NCBI GenBank assembly: GCA_027485735.1 | Contig: JAIXQM010000007.1 | Span: 36,007-100,006 of the forward strand | Length of the DNA stretch: 64,000 nt | Direction of reading: 5' to 3' | DNA from: Sphingomonadales bacterium | GTDB taxonomy: Bacteria; Pseudomonadota; Alphaproteobacteria; Sphingomonadales; Sphingomonadaceae | Notes under the pieces: generated by a model | Told to the model about the DNA's origin: nothing | Seen by the model: only the letters and a program-made list of their open reading frames with translations | The model's database searches: none | Translations under genes and position numbers: made by a program | Shown: one piece after another, positions 1 to 10,796 of the stretch | How positions within the stretch are numbered: the first letter of the stretch is position 1 | Layout of the letters: each line of letters opens with the position of its first letter

Positions 1-132
1 CTGTCAGCCGGCAGTGAGGCCGATACCGTCCGCAGCGGGGTGGCTGCCGCCTTGCAGGCGCATGGCATCAGCCACGCCACCGTGCAGACCGAAACGATGC
101 CTTGCGGCGATGCGGCGGCCGTGCATCCGTGA
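1..132 (+). CDS. C-terminal fragment of a cation-diffusion-facilitator (CzcD/ZitB-like) transporter; the 5' part lies outside the window
   Basis: Frame 1 is open from base 1 to TGA at 130-132 and reads ...GISHATVQTETMPCGDAAAVHP*. The HATVQxE-type tail resembles CDF C-termini. Only 43 codons are visible. Confidence 0.35.
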   Translation: MSAGSEADTVRSGVAAALQAHGISHATVQTETMPCGDAAAVHP

Positions 133-151
133 TTGCCGCAGGAGGAAGGTG

Positions 152-502
152 ATGGCGTATTTCCTGGTCAAGGCGCTGCTGTCCGGACTGATCGTGGCCG
201 TTGTGGCCACGGTTGCCCGGCGCTACCCCGGCCTGGGCGCGCTGGTCGCCTCGCTGCCGCTCATCTCCGTGCTCGGCATGATCTGGCTGTGGCGCGACAT
301 GCCAGACCCGGCCATCATGGCGTCGCACGCTCGCGCCACCTTCTGGTTCGTGCTGCCGTCGCTGCCGATGTTCCTGCTGATCCCGGTGCTGCTGGAGCGC
401 GGCTGGTCGTTCTGGCTGGCGCTGCTCGCCGGCTGCGCCCTCACCGTCCTGCTTTATTCCGGCATGACCTGGGCCGCACCGCGCATCGGACTGCGGCTGT
501 AG
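152..502 (+). CDS. Small integral membrane protein, DUF3147-like (116 aa)
   Basis: ATG at 152 is preceded by GGAGGAAGG. The product MAYFLVKALLSGLIVAVVATV... has 4 predicted TM segments. It lies inside the longer track ORF 14..502. Confidence 0.6.
   Translation: MAYFLVKALLSGLIVAVVATVARRYPGLGALVASLPLISVLGMIWLWRDMPDPAIMASHARATFWFVLPSLPMFLLIPVLLERGWSFWLALLAGCALTVLLYSGMTWAAPRIGLRL
458..500 (+). repeat. Left copy of a 43-bp direct repeat (3' end of the DUF3147-like gene)
   Basis: tccggcatgacctgggccgcAccgcgcatcggactgcggctgt recurs at 16672-16714 with one mismatch (478 A versus 16692 G). Confidence 0.9.
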
Positions 503-514
503 GGGTCGTTCGGC

Positions 515-1867
515 TCAGCCAGCGAGCAGTGACTGCAAGCAGGCTGCATGGCGCGCCGCCAGCCGGTCGCGCGCCACATGCCGGCCACCGGATACAAGCT
601 GGCGCCCGGCCCGCCACACGCCGTCAATCGCTGCTGCTCCCCTTGCGAAAATCCAGCGGTCCATAATCGCATCGCCCGCCACATGTTCAAGGTCGGCACC
701 CAGGGTGATGAAATCGGCCGGCGCGCCGGCTGCCAGCCCGGTACCGGCAACGCCCAGCGCCTGCGCACCGCCAGCCAGCGCCTCGCCAAACAGCGTCGTC
801 CCCGTGGAGCGGCCATCGGCACACAGGAGATTGCGCCGCTGCCGGCGCAACCGTTGGCCATATTCGAGCAGACGCAGCTCCTCGCTGGCATCGATCCGGA
901 TATTGGAATCCGAACCGATGCCCCAGCGTCCGCCCAGCGTCCGCCATTCGGCGGCTGGAAACAGGCCATCGCCCAGATTGGCTTCGGTAATCGGGCACAG
1001 GCCAACGACGGCGCCGCTGTGTGCCATCGCCTGCAATTCGGATGGTTCGGCGTGCGTGGCGTGCACCAGGCACCAGCGCGCATCGACAGGCAGCGAGCCG
1101 AGCAAGAGCTGGATGGGGCGCTGCCCGCTCCAGGCCAAGCAATCCGCTACCTCGCCGGTCTGTTCCGCCACATGGATATGCACCGGCGCATCCGGCAGCA
1201 TGTTCGCCACGGCGGCCAGTTCCGGCAGGGTGACGGCGCGCAGCGAGTGCGGCGCCACGCCAATCACTGCGCCATCAAGACCAGCAATGGCCTGCCGGCT
1301 GTCGTCCAGCAGCCGGGCATAGCCATCCAGATCGGTGATGAAGCGGCGCTGCGCCGGCTCGGGGGGTGTGCCACCAAAGCCGGCGTGGGCATAGAATACG
1401 GGCAGCAGGGTCAGGCCGATGCCGGTTTCGCTGGCGGCGGCGGCCAGGGCAGCGGCCATTTCGGCCGGCGCGTCATAGGGCGTGCCGTCGCTCTGGTGGT
1501 GGAGATAGTGAAACTCGCCGACCCGTGTGAAGCCGGCCTCCAGCATCTCGATCTGGGCCATCGCGGCAATGGCTTGCAGATGATCGGGCGTCAGGCGGCC
1601 GACCAGATCATACATGCGGTGGCGCCAGGTCCAGAAACTGTCGTTGCCGTCGCCACCCGCGCGTTCGGCCAGGCCGGCCATGGCGTGCTGAAAGGCGTGG
1701 CTGTGCAGATTGGCCAGCCCGGGCAGGGCGATGGCGTGGCGGGCGTCACCCGGCATTGGGGCCACCGGATGTTCGACCGAAAGGATTGTCTGCCCTGCCG
1801 TCTCCACCCGCACCTGCCGGGCCCAGCCGTCGGGCAGCCAAGCGTGATCGAACCAGAACGATGCCAC
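515..1867 (-). CDS. hutF: Formimidoylglutamate deiminase (HutF)
   Basis: Amidohydrolase-fold protein with [10 protein letters not shown] and ...HVAEQ motifs. Start assigned to GTG at 1867, behind AAGGAG. The track ATG at 1966 would overlap hutI. Confidence 0.8.
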   Translation of the reverse strand: MASFWFDHAWLPDGWARQVRVETAGQTILSVEHPVAPMPGDARHAIALPGLANLHSHAFQHAMAGLAERAGGDGNDSFWTWRHRMYDLVGRLTPDHLQAIAAMAQIEMLEAGFTRVGEFHYLHHQSDGTPYDAPAEMAAALAAAASETGIGLTLLPVFYAHAGFGGTPPEPAQRRFITDLDGYARLLDDSRQAIAGLDGAVIGVAPHSLRAVTLPELAAVANMLPDAPVHIHVAEQTGEVADCLAWSGQRPIQLLLGSLPVDARWCLVHATHAEPSELQAMAHSGAVVGLCPITEANLGDGLFPAAEWRTLGGRWGIGSDSNIRIDASEELRLLEYGQRLRRQRRNLLCADGRSTGTTLFGEALAGGAQALGVAGTGLAAGAPADFITLGADLEHVAGDAIMDRWIFARGAAAIDGVWRAGRQLVSGGRHVARDRLAARHAACLQSLLAG

Positions 1868-1911
1868 CCGGCTACTCCTTCTCAAGGCTGGACAGGTGCC
1901 GAGCATAGTGC

Positions 1912-1923
1912 TTGTATATACAA
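1912..1923. promoter_or_regulatory. HutC-type operator candidate: perfect palindrome TTGTATATACAA in the hutF/hutI divergent promoter
   Basis: 12-bp perfect palindrome in the 73-bp hutF-hutI intergenic region. It matches the GntR/HutC-subfamily pattern GT-N-TA-N-AC and TGTA-N2-TACA. Confidence 0.6.
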
Positions 1924-1940
1924 AAGCGAAAGGCTCTTTC

Positions 1941-3140
1941 ATGCGCTGTGACGCAGTGTGGCACAATGCCCGGCTCGCGACGATGACGGGGCCGGGAATC
2001 GGCCGTATCGACGATGGCGTCGTGATGGCCAGCGGCGGCAGGATCGTCTATGCCGGCCCTGCCGCCAGCGCGCCGGCGGTGGACGTGGCCGCACATCATG
2101 ATTGTGCTGGCCGCTGGATTACGCCCGGTCTCGTCGATTGCCACACCCATCTTGTATATGCAGGTGACCGCGCCAGGGAGTTTGCCCTGCGGCTGGCTGG
2201 TGCATCCTATGAAGAGATCGCGCGGGCTGGCGGCGGCATAATCTCCACCGTGACGGCAACGCGGGCCGCCAGCGCCGATGAACTGCTGCGCCAGTCCCGC
2301 CCCCGGCTGCAGGCGATGATTGCCGAAGGGGTGACCACGATCGAGATCAAGTCCGGCTATGGCCTCACCGTTGAGGCCGAAACCCGTCTGCTGGCGGTGG
2401 CGCGGCAGCTGGGCGAAACAGACGATGTGCAGGTGCGCACCAGCTTTCTGGGCGCCCATGCCGTGCCACCGGAATATCGCGCCGATCCGGAGGCTTATGT
2501 CGATCTGGTCTGCGACAGGATGATCCCGTCGATTGCCGCGGCCGGGCTGGCCGATGCGGTCGATGGCTTTTGCGAAGGCATCGCTTTTTCACCGACGCAG
2601 ATCGCCCGTGTCTTCATGGCCGCGCGCGCGCATGGCTTGCCGGTCAAGCTGCATGCCGAGCAATTGTCGCGGCTGGGCGGCACGCAACTGGTCGCCGGTT
2701 TTGGCGGTCTGTCGGCCGATCATCTCGAACATGCCGATGATGCCGATGCCGCGGCCATGGCGGCGGCCGGCACCGTGGCTGTGCTGCTTCCCGGTGCCTA
2801 TTATTTCATGCGCGAAACGAAACTGCCGCCGATCAGCGCACTGCGGGCGGCCGGCGTGCCGATTGCCGTGGCCAGTGATTGCAACCCCGGCACATCGCCG
2901 CTCACGTCCATCCTACTGACCATGAACATGGCCGCGACCATGTTCCGCCTGTCGGTTGATGAATGTTTGCGCGGCGTGACGATCAATGCGGCAAAGGCCC
3001 TGGGCTTGCACGATCAGATCGGAAGCCTGGAACCGGACAAGGCCTGCGATCTGGCCATCTGGAACATCGGTGACCCCGCCGAACTGGTTTACCGCATGGG
3101 CTTCAATCCCTTGCACCAGAGGATCAGGAACGGACGATGA
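1941..3140 (+). CDS. hutI: Imidazolonepropionase (HutI)
   Basis: [13 protein letters not shown], ...KLHAEQL... and ...ASDCNPG... are typical HutI amidohydrolase motifs. Start taken at [12 protein letters not shown]. Confidence 0.9.
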   Translation: MRCDAVWHNARLATMTGPGIGRIDDGVVMASGGRIVYAGPAASAPAVDVAAHHDCAGRWITPGLVDCHTHLVYAGDRAREFALRLAGASYEEIARAGGGIISTVTATRAASADELLRQSRPRLQAMIAEGVTTIEIKSGYGLTVEAETRLLAVARQLGETDDVQVRTSFLGAHAVPPEYRADPEAYVDLVCDRMIPSIAAAGLADAVDGFCEGIAFSPTQIARVFMAARAHGLPVKLHAEQLSRLGGTQLVAGFGGLSADHLEHADDADAAAMAAAGTVAVLLPGAYYFMRETKLPPISALRAAGVPIAVASDCNPGTSPLTSILLTMNMAATMFRLSVDECLRGVTINAAKALGLHDQIGSLEPDKACDLAIWNIGDPAELVYRMGFNPLHQRIRNGR

Positions 3141-4654
3141 TGCTGATACCGGGGCGCGTGCCCTATGCCACCTGGAAAGCCATTCATGCCGGGGCGCCGG
3201 CCACGCTTGATCCGGCCTGCCTGCCCGGTGTGGCCGCCAGCGCCGCGTCTGTTACCCGCATCCTGGCCCGCGGCGCGCCGGTTTATGGCATCAACACCGG
3301 CTTTGGAAAGCTGGCGCATGTCCGCATCGATGCGGCGGATCTGGCGACGCTGCAGCGCCATATCGTGCTCAGCCACGCTGCCGGTGTGGGCGATCCGATG
3401 CCGGTGCCGGTGGTGCGGCTGATGATGGCGCTCAAACTGGCCAGCCTGGCGCGCGGGGCGTCCGGCGTGCAGCTGGAAACGCTGGCCCTGCTCGAAACCA
3501 TGCTGGCGCGCGGCCTCACGCCGGTGGTGCCGGCACAGGGATCGGTGGGGGCCAGCGGCGATCTGGCGCCTTTGGCTCATATGACGGCGGCGATGATCGG
3601 GGTGGGCAGCATCATCGTGGACGGGCAGCCGATGGCGGCCGAAGCGGCGCTGGCGCAGGCCGGACTGTCGCCGCTGACGCTTGGCCCCAAGGAGGGCCTC
3701 GCCCTGCTCAACGGCACCCAGTTTTCCTGTGCCTATGCCCTGACCGGCCTGTTCGAGGCCGAGCGGCTGTACCGGTCCGCCCTGCTCACCGGCATCGTGT
3801 CAACCGAGGCAGCGCGCGGTTCTGATGCGCCCTTCGACGACCGCATCCACCAGTTGCGCGGCCACGCCGGCCAGATCGAGACGGCCGCGGCCTTGCGCGG
3901 CCTGATGGCAGGATCGGCCATCCGCGCCTCGCATCTGCACCATGACGCGCGGGTGCAGGATCCCTATTGCCTGCGCTGCCAGCCGCAGGTGATGGGCGCG
4001 GTGCTGGATCTGTTGCGGCAGGCGGGCCACACGCTGCTTACCGAAGCCAATGGCGTGTCCGACAATCCGCTGATCTTTGCCGATACCGACGAAGCCCTGT
4101 CGGGTGGCAATTTCCACGCTGAACCGGTGGCCTTTGCCGCCGACATGATTGCGCTGGCGCTGTGTGAGATCGGCTCGCTGGCAGAACGCCGCATCGCCAT
4201 GCTGGTCGATCCGGCGCTGTCGGGCCTGCCGGCGTTCCTGACGCCGCGGCCCGGCCTCAATTCCGGCTTCATGATCCCGCAGGTAACGGCCGCCGCGCTG
4301 GTCAGCGAGAACAAGCAGCGGGCCTATCCGGCCAGTGTGGATTCGATCCCCACTTCCGCCAATCAGGAAGATCATGTGTCGATGGCGGCGCACGGCAGCC
4401 GGCGCCTGCTGGACATGGCCCGCAATGTCGATGCCATACTGGGCATCGAGTATCTGGCCGCGGCCCAGGGCTGCGATTTCCACGCACCGCTGGCCAGCAG
4501 CGCGCCGGTTGAGGCAGCACGCGCTCTACTGCGCGCCCGTGTGCCGACGCTGCAGGATGATCGCCATATGGCCCCCGACATGGCAGCAGCCATCGCGCTG
4601 GTCGCAAGTGGTGCCTTGATCGCCTGCGCTCCGCCACTGCCGGGTCTGGCATGA
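3137..4654 (+). CDS. hutH: Histidine ammonia-lyase (HutH)
   Basis: [14 protein letters not shown] contains the Ala-Ser-Gly MIO-forming triad. ATGA overlap with the hutI stop. Confidence 0.95.
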   Translation: MMLIPGRVPYATWKAIHAGAPATLDPACLPGVAASAASVTRILARGAPVYGINTGFGKLAHVRIDAADLATLQRHIVLSHAAGVGDPMPVPVVRLMMALKLASLARGASGVQLETLALLETMLARGLTPVVPAQGSVGASGDLAPLAHMTAAMIGVGSIIVDGQPMAAEAALAQAGLSPLTLGPKEGLALLNGTQFSCAYALTGLFEAERLYRSALLTGIVSTEAARGSDAPFDDRIHQLRGHAGQIETAAALRGLMAGSAIRASHLHHDARVQDPYCLRCQPQVMGAVLDLLRQAGHTLLTEANGVSDNPLIFADTDEALSGGNFHAEPVAFAADMIALALCEIGSLAERRIAMLVDPALSGLPAFLTPRPGLNSGFMIPQVTAAALVSENKQRAYPASVDSIPTSANQEDHVSMAAHGSRRLLDMARNVDAILGIEYLAAAQGCDFHAPLASSAPVEAARALLRARVPTLQDDRHMAPDMAAAIALVASGALIACAPPLPGLA

Positions 4655-5463
4655 CCTTGCCGGCCTGGCTGACCGTGCGGCGCGACGATACGCCGCTGAT
4701 CCTGGCCATGCCGCACGGCGGCGACTGGCTTCCCGATGATCTGCGTGGCCGCTTTGTGTCGCCATGGACAGCAATGCGCGATGCCGATTGGCATATCTCC
4801 GCGCTTTATGATGGCCTTGCCAAAGCGACAATCGTGGCCACCGATGTGTCGCGCAGCGTCATCGACGTGAACCGCGATCCATCGGGGGCGTCGCTCTATC
4901 CAGGGCAGGCCACCACCGGCCTGTGCCCGACGACCGATTTCGATGGCGCGCCGCTCTACTGCGCCGGCCAGGAGCCGGGCGACGCCGAAATCGCGGCGCG
5001 GCGGGAGATGTTCTTCGTGCCCTATCACGCGGCGCTGGCGGCTGAAATTGCCCGGCTGCGGCAGCGCCACGACAATGTGGTGGTCTATGATTGCCACTCG
5101 ATCCGCAGCCGCATTCCCCGACTGTTCGACGGCCTGCTGCCGGAATTCAACCTGGGCACCAATGGCGGCGTCACCTGCGATCCGGCGCTGGCCGCTGCGG
5201 TGATGGCTGTGCTGCGCGCATCAGGCCGCAGCCATGTCTGCGACGGGCGGTTTCGCGGCGGCTGGACGACGCGCCATTATGGCCGGCCCCATGAGGGCGT
5301 TCATGCCGTGCAGATGGAGATCGCGATGCGCGCCTATCTGCACGAGCCGGAAGGAGCGGTTGACGCCGGCAATTGGCCACCGGCTTGGGAAGCGAACCAC
5401 GCCAGCGACGTGCAGAAAATCCTGTCATGGGCGTTGGCAGCCGCGTTGGCGTTCGCGAACTGA
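4651..5463 (+). CDS. hutG: N-formylglutamate amidohydrolase (HutG, FGase family)
   Basis: ILAMPHGG...[13 protein letters not shown]... is FGase-like. ATGA overlap with the hutH stop. With hutF it implies the five-step hut pathway. Confidence 0.8.
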   Translation: MTLPAWLTVRRDDTPLILAMPHGGDWLPDDLRGRFVSPWTAMRDADWHISALYDGLAKATIVATDVSRSVIDVNRDPSGASLYPGQATTGLCPTTDFDGAPLYCAGQEPGDAEIAARREMFFVPYHAALAAEIARLRQRHDNVVVYDCHSIRSRIPRLFDGLLPEFNLGTNGGVTCDPALAAAVMAVLRASGRSHVCDGRFRGGWTTRHYGRPHEGVHAVQMEIAMRAYLHEPEGAVDAGNWPPAWEANHASDVQKILSWALAAALAFAN

Positions 5464-5482
5464 ACGCCAGCGCGGCTGCGCC

Positions 5483-6487
5483 TTACCAGTTGGGATCCAT
5501 CGAGGTGCGGCCGGGGAATTTGACCGACTTTTCCCCATAGATGGGGTCGTAATAGTGGCCACCTTCCTTGTAGTCCGGATTCCAGAGCTTTTTGCCCCTG
5601 GCATCAAGCTTGTAGATGTAGGGCGACATCAGCAGCCGCTCCAGGTGCCAGCGGCCATCGACGCCGGCCGGAATGTCTTCACCCGCGCCGTAGAGCATCA
5701 GCCCGCCTTCGGCAAAGACCTCGAACGCCGGGCCGGTCGTCTTGTATTCATGGCTGACGTTCATCACCTTGTGGCCCAGTTCGTGGGCAATGGTGCGGCG
5801 CAGGCGGTTCGGCGTCGAAAGATTGGTGATGGTGATCACGCCGCGCAGCCGTTGCGGGATGGTGGTGTGATAGGAATAGCTGGGAAACGACAGGCCGCCG
5901 GTGCGCACCATCTTCACCGTCCAGTTGCGTCCCTGCGACAGTTCCAGAAAGGGGTAGATCACGTCCTGCAAGGCCACCAGATAGATGGTGCGGGCATTGT
6001 CACGCGCCGGTTCGACGATGCTTTCAAACGCGGCTTTGGCCATGTCGGTCATCGCGGTTGGATAGCGCTGGCTGGCTTCATAGCTGTTGAGATATTCGGT
6101 GTCGGGCAGGCGCGGAATTTCGTTGGACTGGATCGCCAGGAAGCGCGGATCAATCGCCCCGGTCTTTGCCGAAACCAGATTGATCTGCACGCCGACCCGG
6201 CCATAGATTTCCTTGGCCGACCGCACGCCATCAACCATCCGGTCAAGACTGAGCTTGTTGAAGGCCGGATCGAAGTTGGACGGCACATAGATGGCAACAT
6301 CCATGGTCGGCTTGCCGGCCACCAGATCCTTGTTGAAGGCCGCCAGATCGACCGCTGCTGCCGGCGACCATTTCACCGGCTTTGCGGCCACCTGCGGGCT
6401 GGCGGCACCCACGGGGGTGCCGGCCAGCAGCAGGGCCGATCCGATGGCCAGTGTTGCCCGAAAATGGCGCATGGACCGGGCGCGCAT
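5483..6487 (-). CDS. Secreted HExxH (zincin-like) protein, function unknown
   Basis: N-terminal signal peptide (MRHFRATLAIGSALLLAG...) and the motif AHELGHKVMNVSHEY. Its start overlaps the upstream cupin stop by 1 nt. Confidence 0.55.
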   Translation of the reverse strand: MRARSMRHFRATLAIGSALLLAGTPVGAASPQVAAKPVKWSPAAAVDLAAFNKDLVAGKPTMDVAIYVPSNFDPAFNKLSLDRMVDGVRSAKEIYGRVGVQINLVSAKTGAIDPRFLAIQSNEIPRLPDTEYLNSYEASQRYPTAMTDMAKAAFESIVEPARDNARTIYLVALQDVIYPFLELSQGRNWTVKMVRTGGLSFPSYSYHTTIPQRLRGVITITNLSTPNRLRRTIAHELGHKVMNVSHEYKTTGPAFEVFAEGGLMLYGAGEDIPAGVDGRWHLERLLMSPYIYKLDARGKKLWNPDYKEGGHYYDPIYGEKSVKFPGRTSMDPNW

Positions 6488-7197
6488 CAGTATTTGATCT
6501 TCAACACGCTGTCGAAATTCGGATTGACGCTGCGCGCGAAGGTGATGGCCGGGTGATCACCCTTCAGCTGGTTGAAATAATAGACGCCGCCCTTCTTCAT
6601 ATCGGCATCGACATTGGCCTGCATAGATTTGATGCCGGAATAGAAGGTCGTGTAGTCCTCGCGGCCCTGCTTGCCCTTGACGACCAGCAGCAGCGCGGGC
6701 TCGTTGAAGGGGGCTTCCCAGCCGGTCGGCATGCCATCACCAAAGCGGAACAGCGAGCCGGCCTCCATCACCTGGCGCTTGCCTTCGCTGGCCAGCACCC
6801 ACTTGCCGCGTACTGTGTAGATGATGCTGCCGGTTTCATGCGGATGCTCGCCCAGGAACATGCCGGGCTTCAGTTCGATGAAGAAGGCGCGATTCTGTTC
6901 AGCAAACAGCAGCGGCCCGAACAGGCCTTCGTGGGTCAGCTGCGCCGCCTGCGACTTCACTGCGGTTTCGATGTTGGAGATGACTTCGACATTGGTCGCC
7001 AATTGAACATATTCCGGCGAAACCGGCGTGGCCGCCATCACTTGCTTGGGCTTCATCGCCGCCTTGGGGGCGGCATCGCTGGGATCGTCGTGGGAATGGC
7101 CATGGGCCTTCTCGGCAGCGGCCCTGGCAGGGTCAGCCGTCTGCGCCATCACCATGGCGGGCGCGGCAAGCGCGATCAGGAAAGCTGCGATCTTCAT
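6487..7197 (-). CDS. Secreted His-rich cupin-like protein
   Basis: Signal peptide MKIAAFLIALAAPAMVMA, an HGHSHDD stretch, and a cupin-like GEHPHETGSIIYTVRGKW core. Confidence 0.6.
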   Translation of the reverse strand: MKIAAFLIALAAPAMVMAQTADPARAAAEKAHGHSHDDPSDAAPKAAMKPKQVMAATPVSPEYVQLATNVEVISNIETAVKSQAAQLTHEGLFGPLLFAEQNRAFFIELKPGMFLGEHPHETGSIIYTVRGKWVLASEGKRQVMEAGSLFRFGDGMPTGWEAPFNEPALLLVVKGKQGREDYTTFYSGIKSMQANVDADMKKGGVYYFNQLKGDHPAITFARSVNPNFDSVLKIKY

Positions 7198-7307
7198 GTC
7201 CTTGTCCCCTCATTCTGGCCAGGCTTCCGGCCGTTGCTGTCATTGATGTCCGCGCCATTTCCGGCCCGGTGGCGATGTCGCCGCTGGATCGGCGTGCGGT
7301 CAACAAC

Positions 7308-7318
7308 CTGTATATACC
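7308..7318. promoter_or_regulatory. HutC-type operator candidate cTGTATATACc
   Basis: Exact TGTATATAC core in the divergent region between the cupin/HExxH operon and the 7468 operon. Confidence 0.5.
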
Positions 7319-7381
7319 ACCTGCAAAAGCCATTGGCTCAGGTGGCAGGTCCAGCGTTAACCAACCCTTTGAAACATGCAC

Positions 7382-7391
7382 TGTATAGACA
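7382..7391. promoter_or_regulatory. Second HutC-type operator-like site TGTATAGACA
   Basis: One-mismatch variant 73 bp downstream of the first site and 77 bp upstream of the ATG at 7468. Confidence 0.4.
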
Positions 7392-7467
7392 ATTGGCACA
7401 ACCCCCCCTTTTCACCTTGTCAGGCCCCAACGGCCTGCATAGTCTCAAATGCTTCAGGAGACACTGC

Positions 7468-8202
7468 ATGACCCCCGAGGACAGCGCCAAACCGATGCAG
7501 GCGCCGACGCTGCAGCAGTTGAATCGCGCCACGCTGCTGGCGGTCGCCGGCGCCGCGGCCATATTGGTGGTTGCCGTGCTGCCGGCTGAATATGGTATCG
7601 ATCCAACCGGGCTGGGCCAGGCCCTGGGTCTGACGCCGATGGGCGAGATGAAGCGGGCCGAGGCGGCGCTGGACGATGCAGAGGCCCAGGCTGCGCCGGT
7701 GGCCGTGGCCGAAGCGCCACCGCCAGCCGCGATGCCCGCCGCCAGCCCGGCTCCAGCCGTATCCGGCGCGGCGACACCGGTCCCCACAGCGCCCGCGCAG
7801 TCGGCAGCCACCACGTCGGCAGCGGTTCTGCCAGCCCCGGCGGCGCCGGCAGCGGCCAAACCGGCCTCGGCGGCACCGGCAGAGCAGAGCCGCGAAGTTG
7901 TCATCACACTTGCGCCCAATCAGGGCCGCGAGGTCAAGTCGCTGATGAAGGCGGGCGACAGTTTCCGTTATGAATGGAAGACCGACGGCGCCGAAGTGCG
8001 CTTTGAACTGCATGGCGAACGACTTGGGGCGAGCGAGGCCTTCACCAGCTATGAAAAGGGCGTTGCCACGGGCGCCAGCGGCAGTTTCACCGCGCCGTTC
8101 GACGGCACTCATGGCTGGTACTGGCGCAACCGCACCGACCAGCCGGTCACCATCACCGTGAAGGCCACGGGCAAATTCCAGCGCTTTGCCCCAGTTGAAT
8201 GA
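7468..8202 (+). CDS. Membrane-anchored periplasmic protein with an Ala/Pro-rich linker, unknown function
   Basis: ATG at 7468 behind CAGGAGA. One TM segment (LLAVAGAAAILVVAVL), a low-complexity linker and a beta-rich C-terminal domain. The N-terminal 360 aa of track ORF 6382..8202 is antisense to the cupin gene and was discarded. Confidence 0.6.
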   Translation: MTPEDSAKPMQAPTLQQLNRATLLAVAGAAAILVVAVLPAEYGIDPTGLGQALGLTPMGEMKRAEAALDDAEAQAAPVAVAEAPPPAAMPAASPAPAVSGAATPVPTAPAQSAATTSAAVLPAPAAPAAAKPASAAPAEQSREVVITLAPNQGREVKSLMKAGDSFRYEWKTDGAEVRFELHGERLGASEAFTSYEKGVATGASGSFTAPFDGTHGWYWRNRTDQPVTITVKATGKFQRFAPVE

Positions 8203-9029
8203 TGGTGGCCGCCACCAGGAACGCGACGATGAAGACGATGATTGCGGCGGCCTTGGCTGCTTTGTTGGCCACCGGTGCCATGGCGCACGACATGTTCCTG
8301 AAACCGGCTGCGCACCGCATCGCGCCGGGCCAATCCATCATCATCGATTTGTTCACCGGCACGTTCGAAAAGAGCGAGAACCCGGTTATTCGCGCCCGCA
8401 TGGCGGCAACGCTGGCAGCGGTGGGCGGCAGGATTGCGCCACTTGACGCTTCACTGTGGCACGATGACGCCGTATCCTCACATCTGCGCTTCACGCCGGC
8501 GACATCGGGCACCTACGCCATCGGCCTGTCCACCCGGCCCAGCAGCATCTCGCTGTCAGCCGCGGATTTCGATGATTATCTGCGCCACGACGGCATCGCG
8601 GACGTTCTGGCCGATCGGCTGCGTGCCCCCAGCGCGCAGCCAGTGGTGGAACGTTATGCCAAGCATGTGCGCACCATCGTCCAGGTGGGCGATATGCTCA
8701 CCGATGATGCAGCCCGGCCCTTGGGCTTTCCGACCGAATTGTTGCTGCTCGACAATCCCGCCACGCTGAAGGCCGGCGCGACGCTCAGCTTCCGCGCCCT
8801 GCTGCGCGGCCAGCCGCTTGCCGGCCAACTGGTTTATGCCCGTGCCGCTGGCGGCGCAGCAGCTGGTACCGCAATGCTGAAGATCCGAACCGGCAGCGAT
8901 GGCACCGGCACCCTGCAAATCGACCGGCCCGGAACCTGGTACCTCACTTTCATCCACATGGTGAAATCAGCCGAACCCGGCATCGATTATGAATCGAACT
9001 GGTCAACGCTGACGTTCGAAGTCCGCTGA
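8199..9029 (+). CDS. DUF4198-like periplasmic protein (family often linked to Ni/Co uptake)
   Basis: Signal peptide followed by AHDMFLKP..., as in DUF4198 N-termini. ATGA overlap with the upstream gene. An alternative start MKTMIAA lies at 8229. Confidence 0.6.
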   Translation: MMVAATRNATMKTMIAAALAALLATGAMAHDMFLKPAAHRIAPGQSIIIDLFTGTFEKSENPVIRARMAATLAAVGGRIAPLDASLWHDDAVSSHLRFTPATSGTYAIGLSTRPSSISLSAADFDDYLRHDGIADVLADRLRAPSAQPVVERYAKHVRTIVQVGDMLTDDAARPLGFPTELLLLDNPATLKAGATLSFRALLRGQPLAGQLVYARAAGGAAAGTAMLKIRTGSDGTGTLQIDRPGTWYLTFIHMVKSAEPGIDYESNWSTLTFEVR

Positions 9030-9033
9030 AGGA

Positions 9034-10701
9034 TCAGTTTCTGCCCAGGATCCCGGGCAAATCCAGCCCCTGTTCGCGGGCGCAATCGAGCGCGCCGAGG
9101 TAGCCGGCATCGGCGTGACGCATCACCCCGGTGGCCGGATCATTCCACAGCACGCGCTCCAGCCGGCGGGCAGCGTCGGCGGTGCCGTCGGCCACGATCA
9201 CCATGCCGGCATGCTGAGAATAGCCCATGCCCACGCCGCCGCCATGGTGCAGCGACACCCAGGTCGCGCCGCTGGCGGTGTTGAGCAGGGCGTTGAGCAG
9301 CGGCCAGTCCGACACCGCGTCGGACCCGTCCCGCATGGCTTCCGTTTCGCGGTTGGGGCTGGCAACCGAGCCTGAATCCAGGTGATCGCGGCCGATGACG
9401 ATCGGAGCCTTGAGCTCGCCGGAGGCCACCATCTCGTTGAAGGCCAGGCCCAGCCGATGGCGATCGCCCAGGCCCACCCAGCAAATGCGCGCCGGCAGGC
9501 CCTGGAACTTGATGCGCTGGCCGGCCATGTCGAGCCAGCGATGCAGATTGGCATCGTTGGGCATCAGTTCCTTCACCTTGGCATCGGTGCGGTAGATGTC
9601 TTCCGGATCGCCCGACAGGGCCACCCAGCGGAACGGTCCCACACCGCGGCAGAACAACGGCCGGATGAAGGCCGGCACGAAGCCGGGGAAGGCAAAGGCA
9701 TCAAGCACGCCCTGATCGAGTGCCACCTGCCGGATATTGTTGCCATAATCGAACACCGGCACGCCCAGCGCACGGAAATCCAGCATGGCCTGCACATGCG
9801 TGGCCATCGATGCCCGTGCCGCCTGTTCCACAGCCGCCGGATCGGCGGTGCGGTCGCGCTGCCAGCGATCCAGGCTCCAGCCCTGCGGCAGATAGCCGTT
9901 GATCGGGTCATGCGCCGATGTCTGATCGGTCACGGCGTCGGGCCGCACGCCGCGCCGCACCAGTTCGGGGTAAATGTCGGCAGCATTGCCCAGCAGGCCG
10001 ACCGATATCGGCTCACGGGCGTTGGTGACGATGGCCAGCGCTTCGTCCAGATCGGTGGTGGCCCGATCGAGGTAGCCGGTTTCGAGGCGCATCTCGATCC
10101 GGCTGGGCTGGCATTCCACCGCCAGGCAGGAGGCGCCGGCCATCACGGCGGCCAGCGGCTGCGCGCCGCCCATGCCGCCCAGCCCGGCGGTGAGCACCCA
10201 GCGGCCGCCGAGATTGCCGTCATAATGCTGGCGGCCCATCTCCACGAATGTCTCGTACGTGCCCTGCACGATCCCCTGGGTGCCGATGTAGATCCACGAA
10301 CCGGCGGTCATCTGGCCATACATCGCCAGGCCCTTGGCATCGAGCTCGTTGAAATGTTCCCAGGTCGCCCATTTGGGCACCAGATTGCTGTTGGCGATCA
10401 GCACCCGCGGCGCATCGGCGTGGGTGCGGAATACGCCCACCGGCTTGCCCGACTGCACCAGCAACGTCTCGTCATCGCCAAGCCGGCGCAGCGTATCGAC
10501 AATGCGATCAAAACTGTCCCAGTCACGCGCCGCGCGGCCAATGCCGCCATAGACCACCAGTTCCTGCGGGTTTTCGGCCACGCGCGGATCCAGATTGTTC
10601 ATCAGCATGCGCAGCGCGGCTTCCGTCTGCCACGATCGGGCGGTGCGTTCCGGACCGGTGGGTGCCATGATCGTGCGGCTGTTGTCCAGGCGGGTTTTCA
10701 T
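9034..10701 (-). CDS. hutU: Urocanate hydratase (HutU)
   Basis: 555 aa with [10 protein letters not shown], ...GLGDRHRLG... and other sequence typical of urocanase along the full length. Confidence 0.95.
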   Translation of the reverse strand: MKTRLDNSRTIMAPTGPERTARSWQTEAALRMLMNNLDPRVAENPQELVVYGGIGRAARDWDSFDRIVDTLRRLGDDETLLVQSGKPVGVFRTHADAPRVLIANSNLVPKWATWEHFNELDAKGLAMYGQMTAGSWIYIGTQGIVQGTYETFVEMGRQHYDGNLGGRWVLTAGLGGMGGAQPLAAVMAGASCLAVECQPSRIEMRLETGYLDRATTDLDEALAIVTNAREPISVGLLGNAADIYPELVRRGVRPDAVTDQTSAHDPINGYLPQGWSLDRWQRDRTADPAAVEQAARASMATHVQAMLDFRALGVPVFDYGNNIRQVALDQGVLDAFAFPGFVPAFIRPLFCRGVGPFRWVALSGDPEDIYRTDAKVKELMPNDANLHRWLDMAGQRIKFQGLPARICWVGLGDRHRLGLAFNEMVASGELKAPIVIGRDHLDSGSVASPNRETEAMRDGSDAVSDWPLLNALLNTASGATWVSLHHGGGVGMGYSQHAGMVIVADGTADAARRLERVLWNDPATGVMRHADAGYLGALDCAREQGLDLPGILGRN

Positions 10702-10768
10702 CAGGCACCTTCATGAATTCGGCTGCAACACAGGCGCGCCTGCCGAAGCAGGGCCCACATCCAACGTA

Positions 10769-10782
10769 GCTGTATATACAGC
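10769..10782. promoter_or_regulatory. HutC-type operator candidate: perfect 14-bp palindrome GCTGTATATACAGC upstream of hutU
   Basis: Lies in the 95-bp gap between the hutC stop and the hutU start. Confidence 0.65.
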
Positions 10783-10796
10783 ACGCTTCAAGCGCT

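Noticed and set aside
2153-2162. HutC-like site TGTATATGCA inside hutI.
   Set aside because: It encodes the conserved HutI motif H-L-V-Y-A-G (cat ctt gta tat gca ggt) and has a mismatch in the half-site. Coding constraint is the simpler explanation. It could still be a weak secondary site.
6382-7467. N-terminal 360 aa of the 606-aa + ORF 6382..8202.
   Set aside because: This part is antisense to the cupin gene and crosses the divergent promoter that carries the operator-like sites. A start at 7468 with an RBS gives a sensible membrane-anchored protein.
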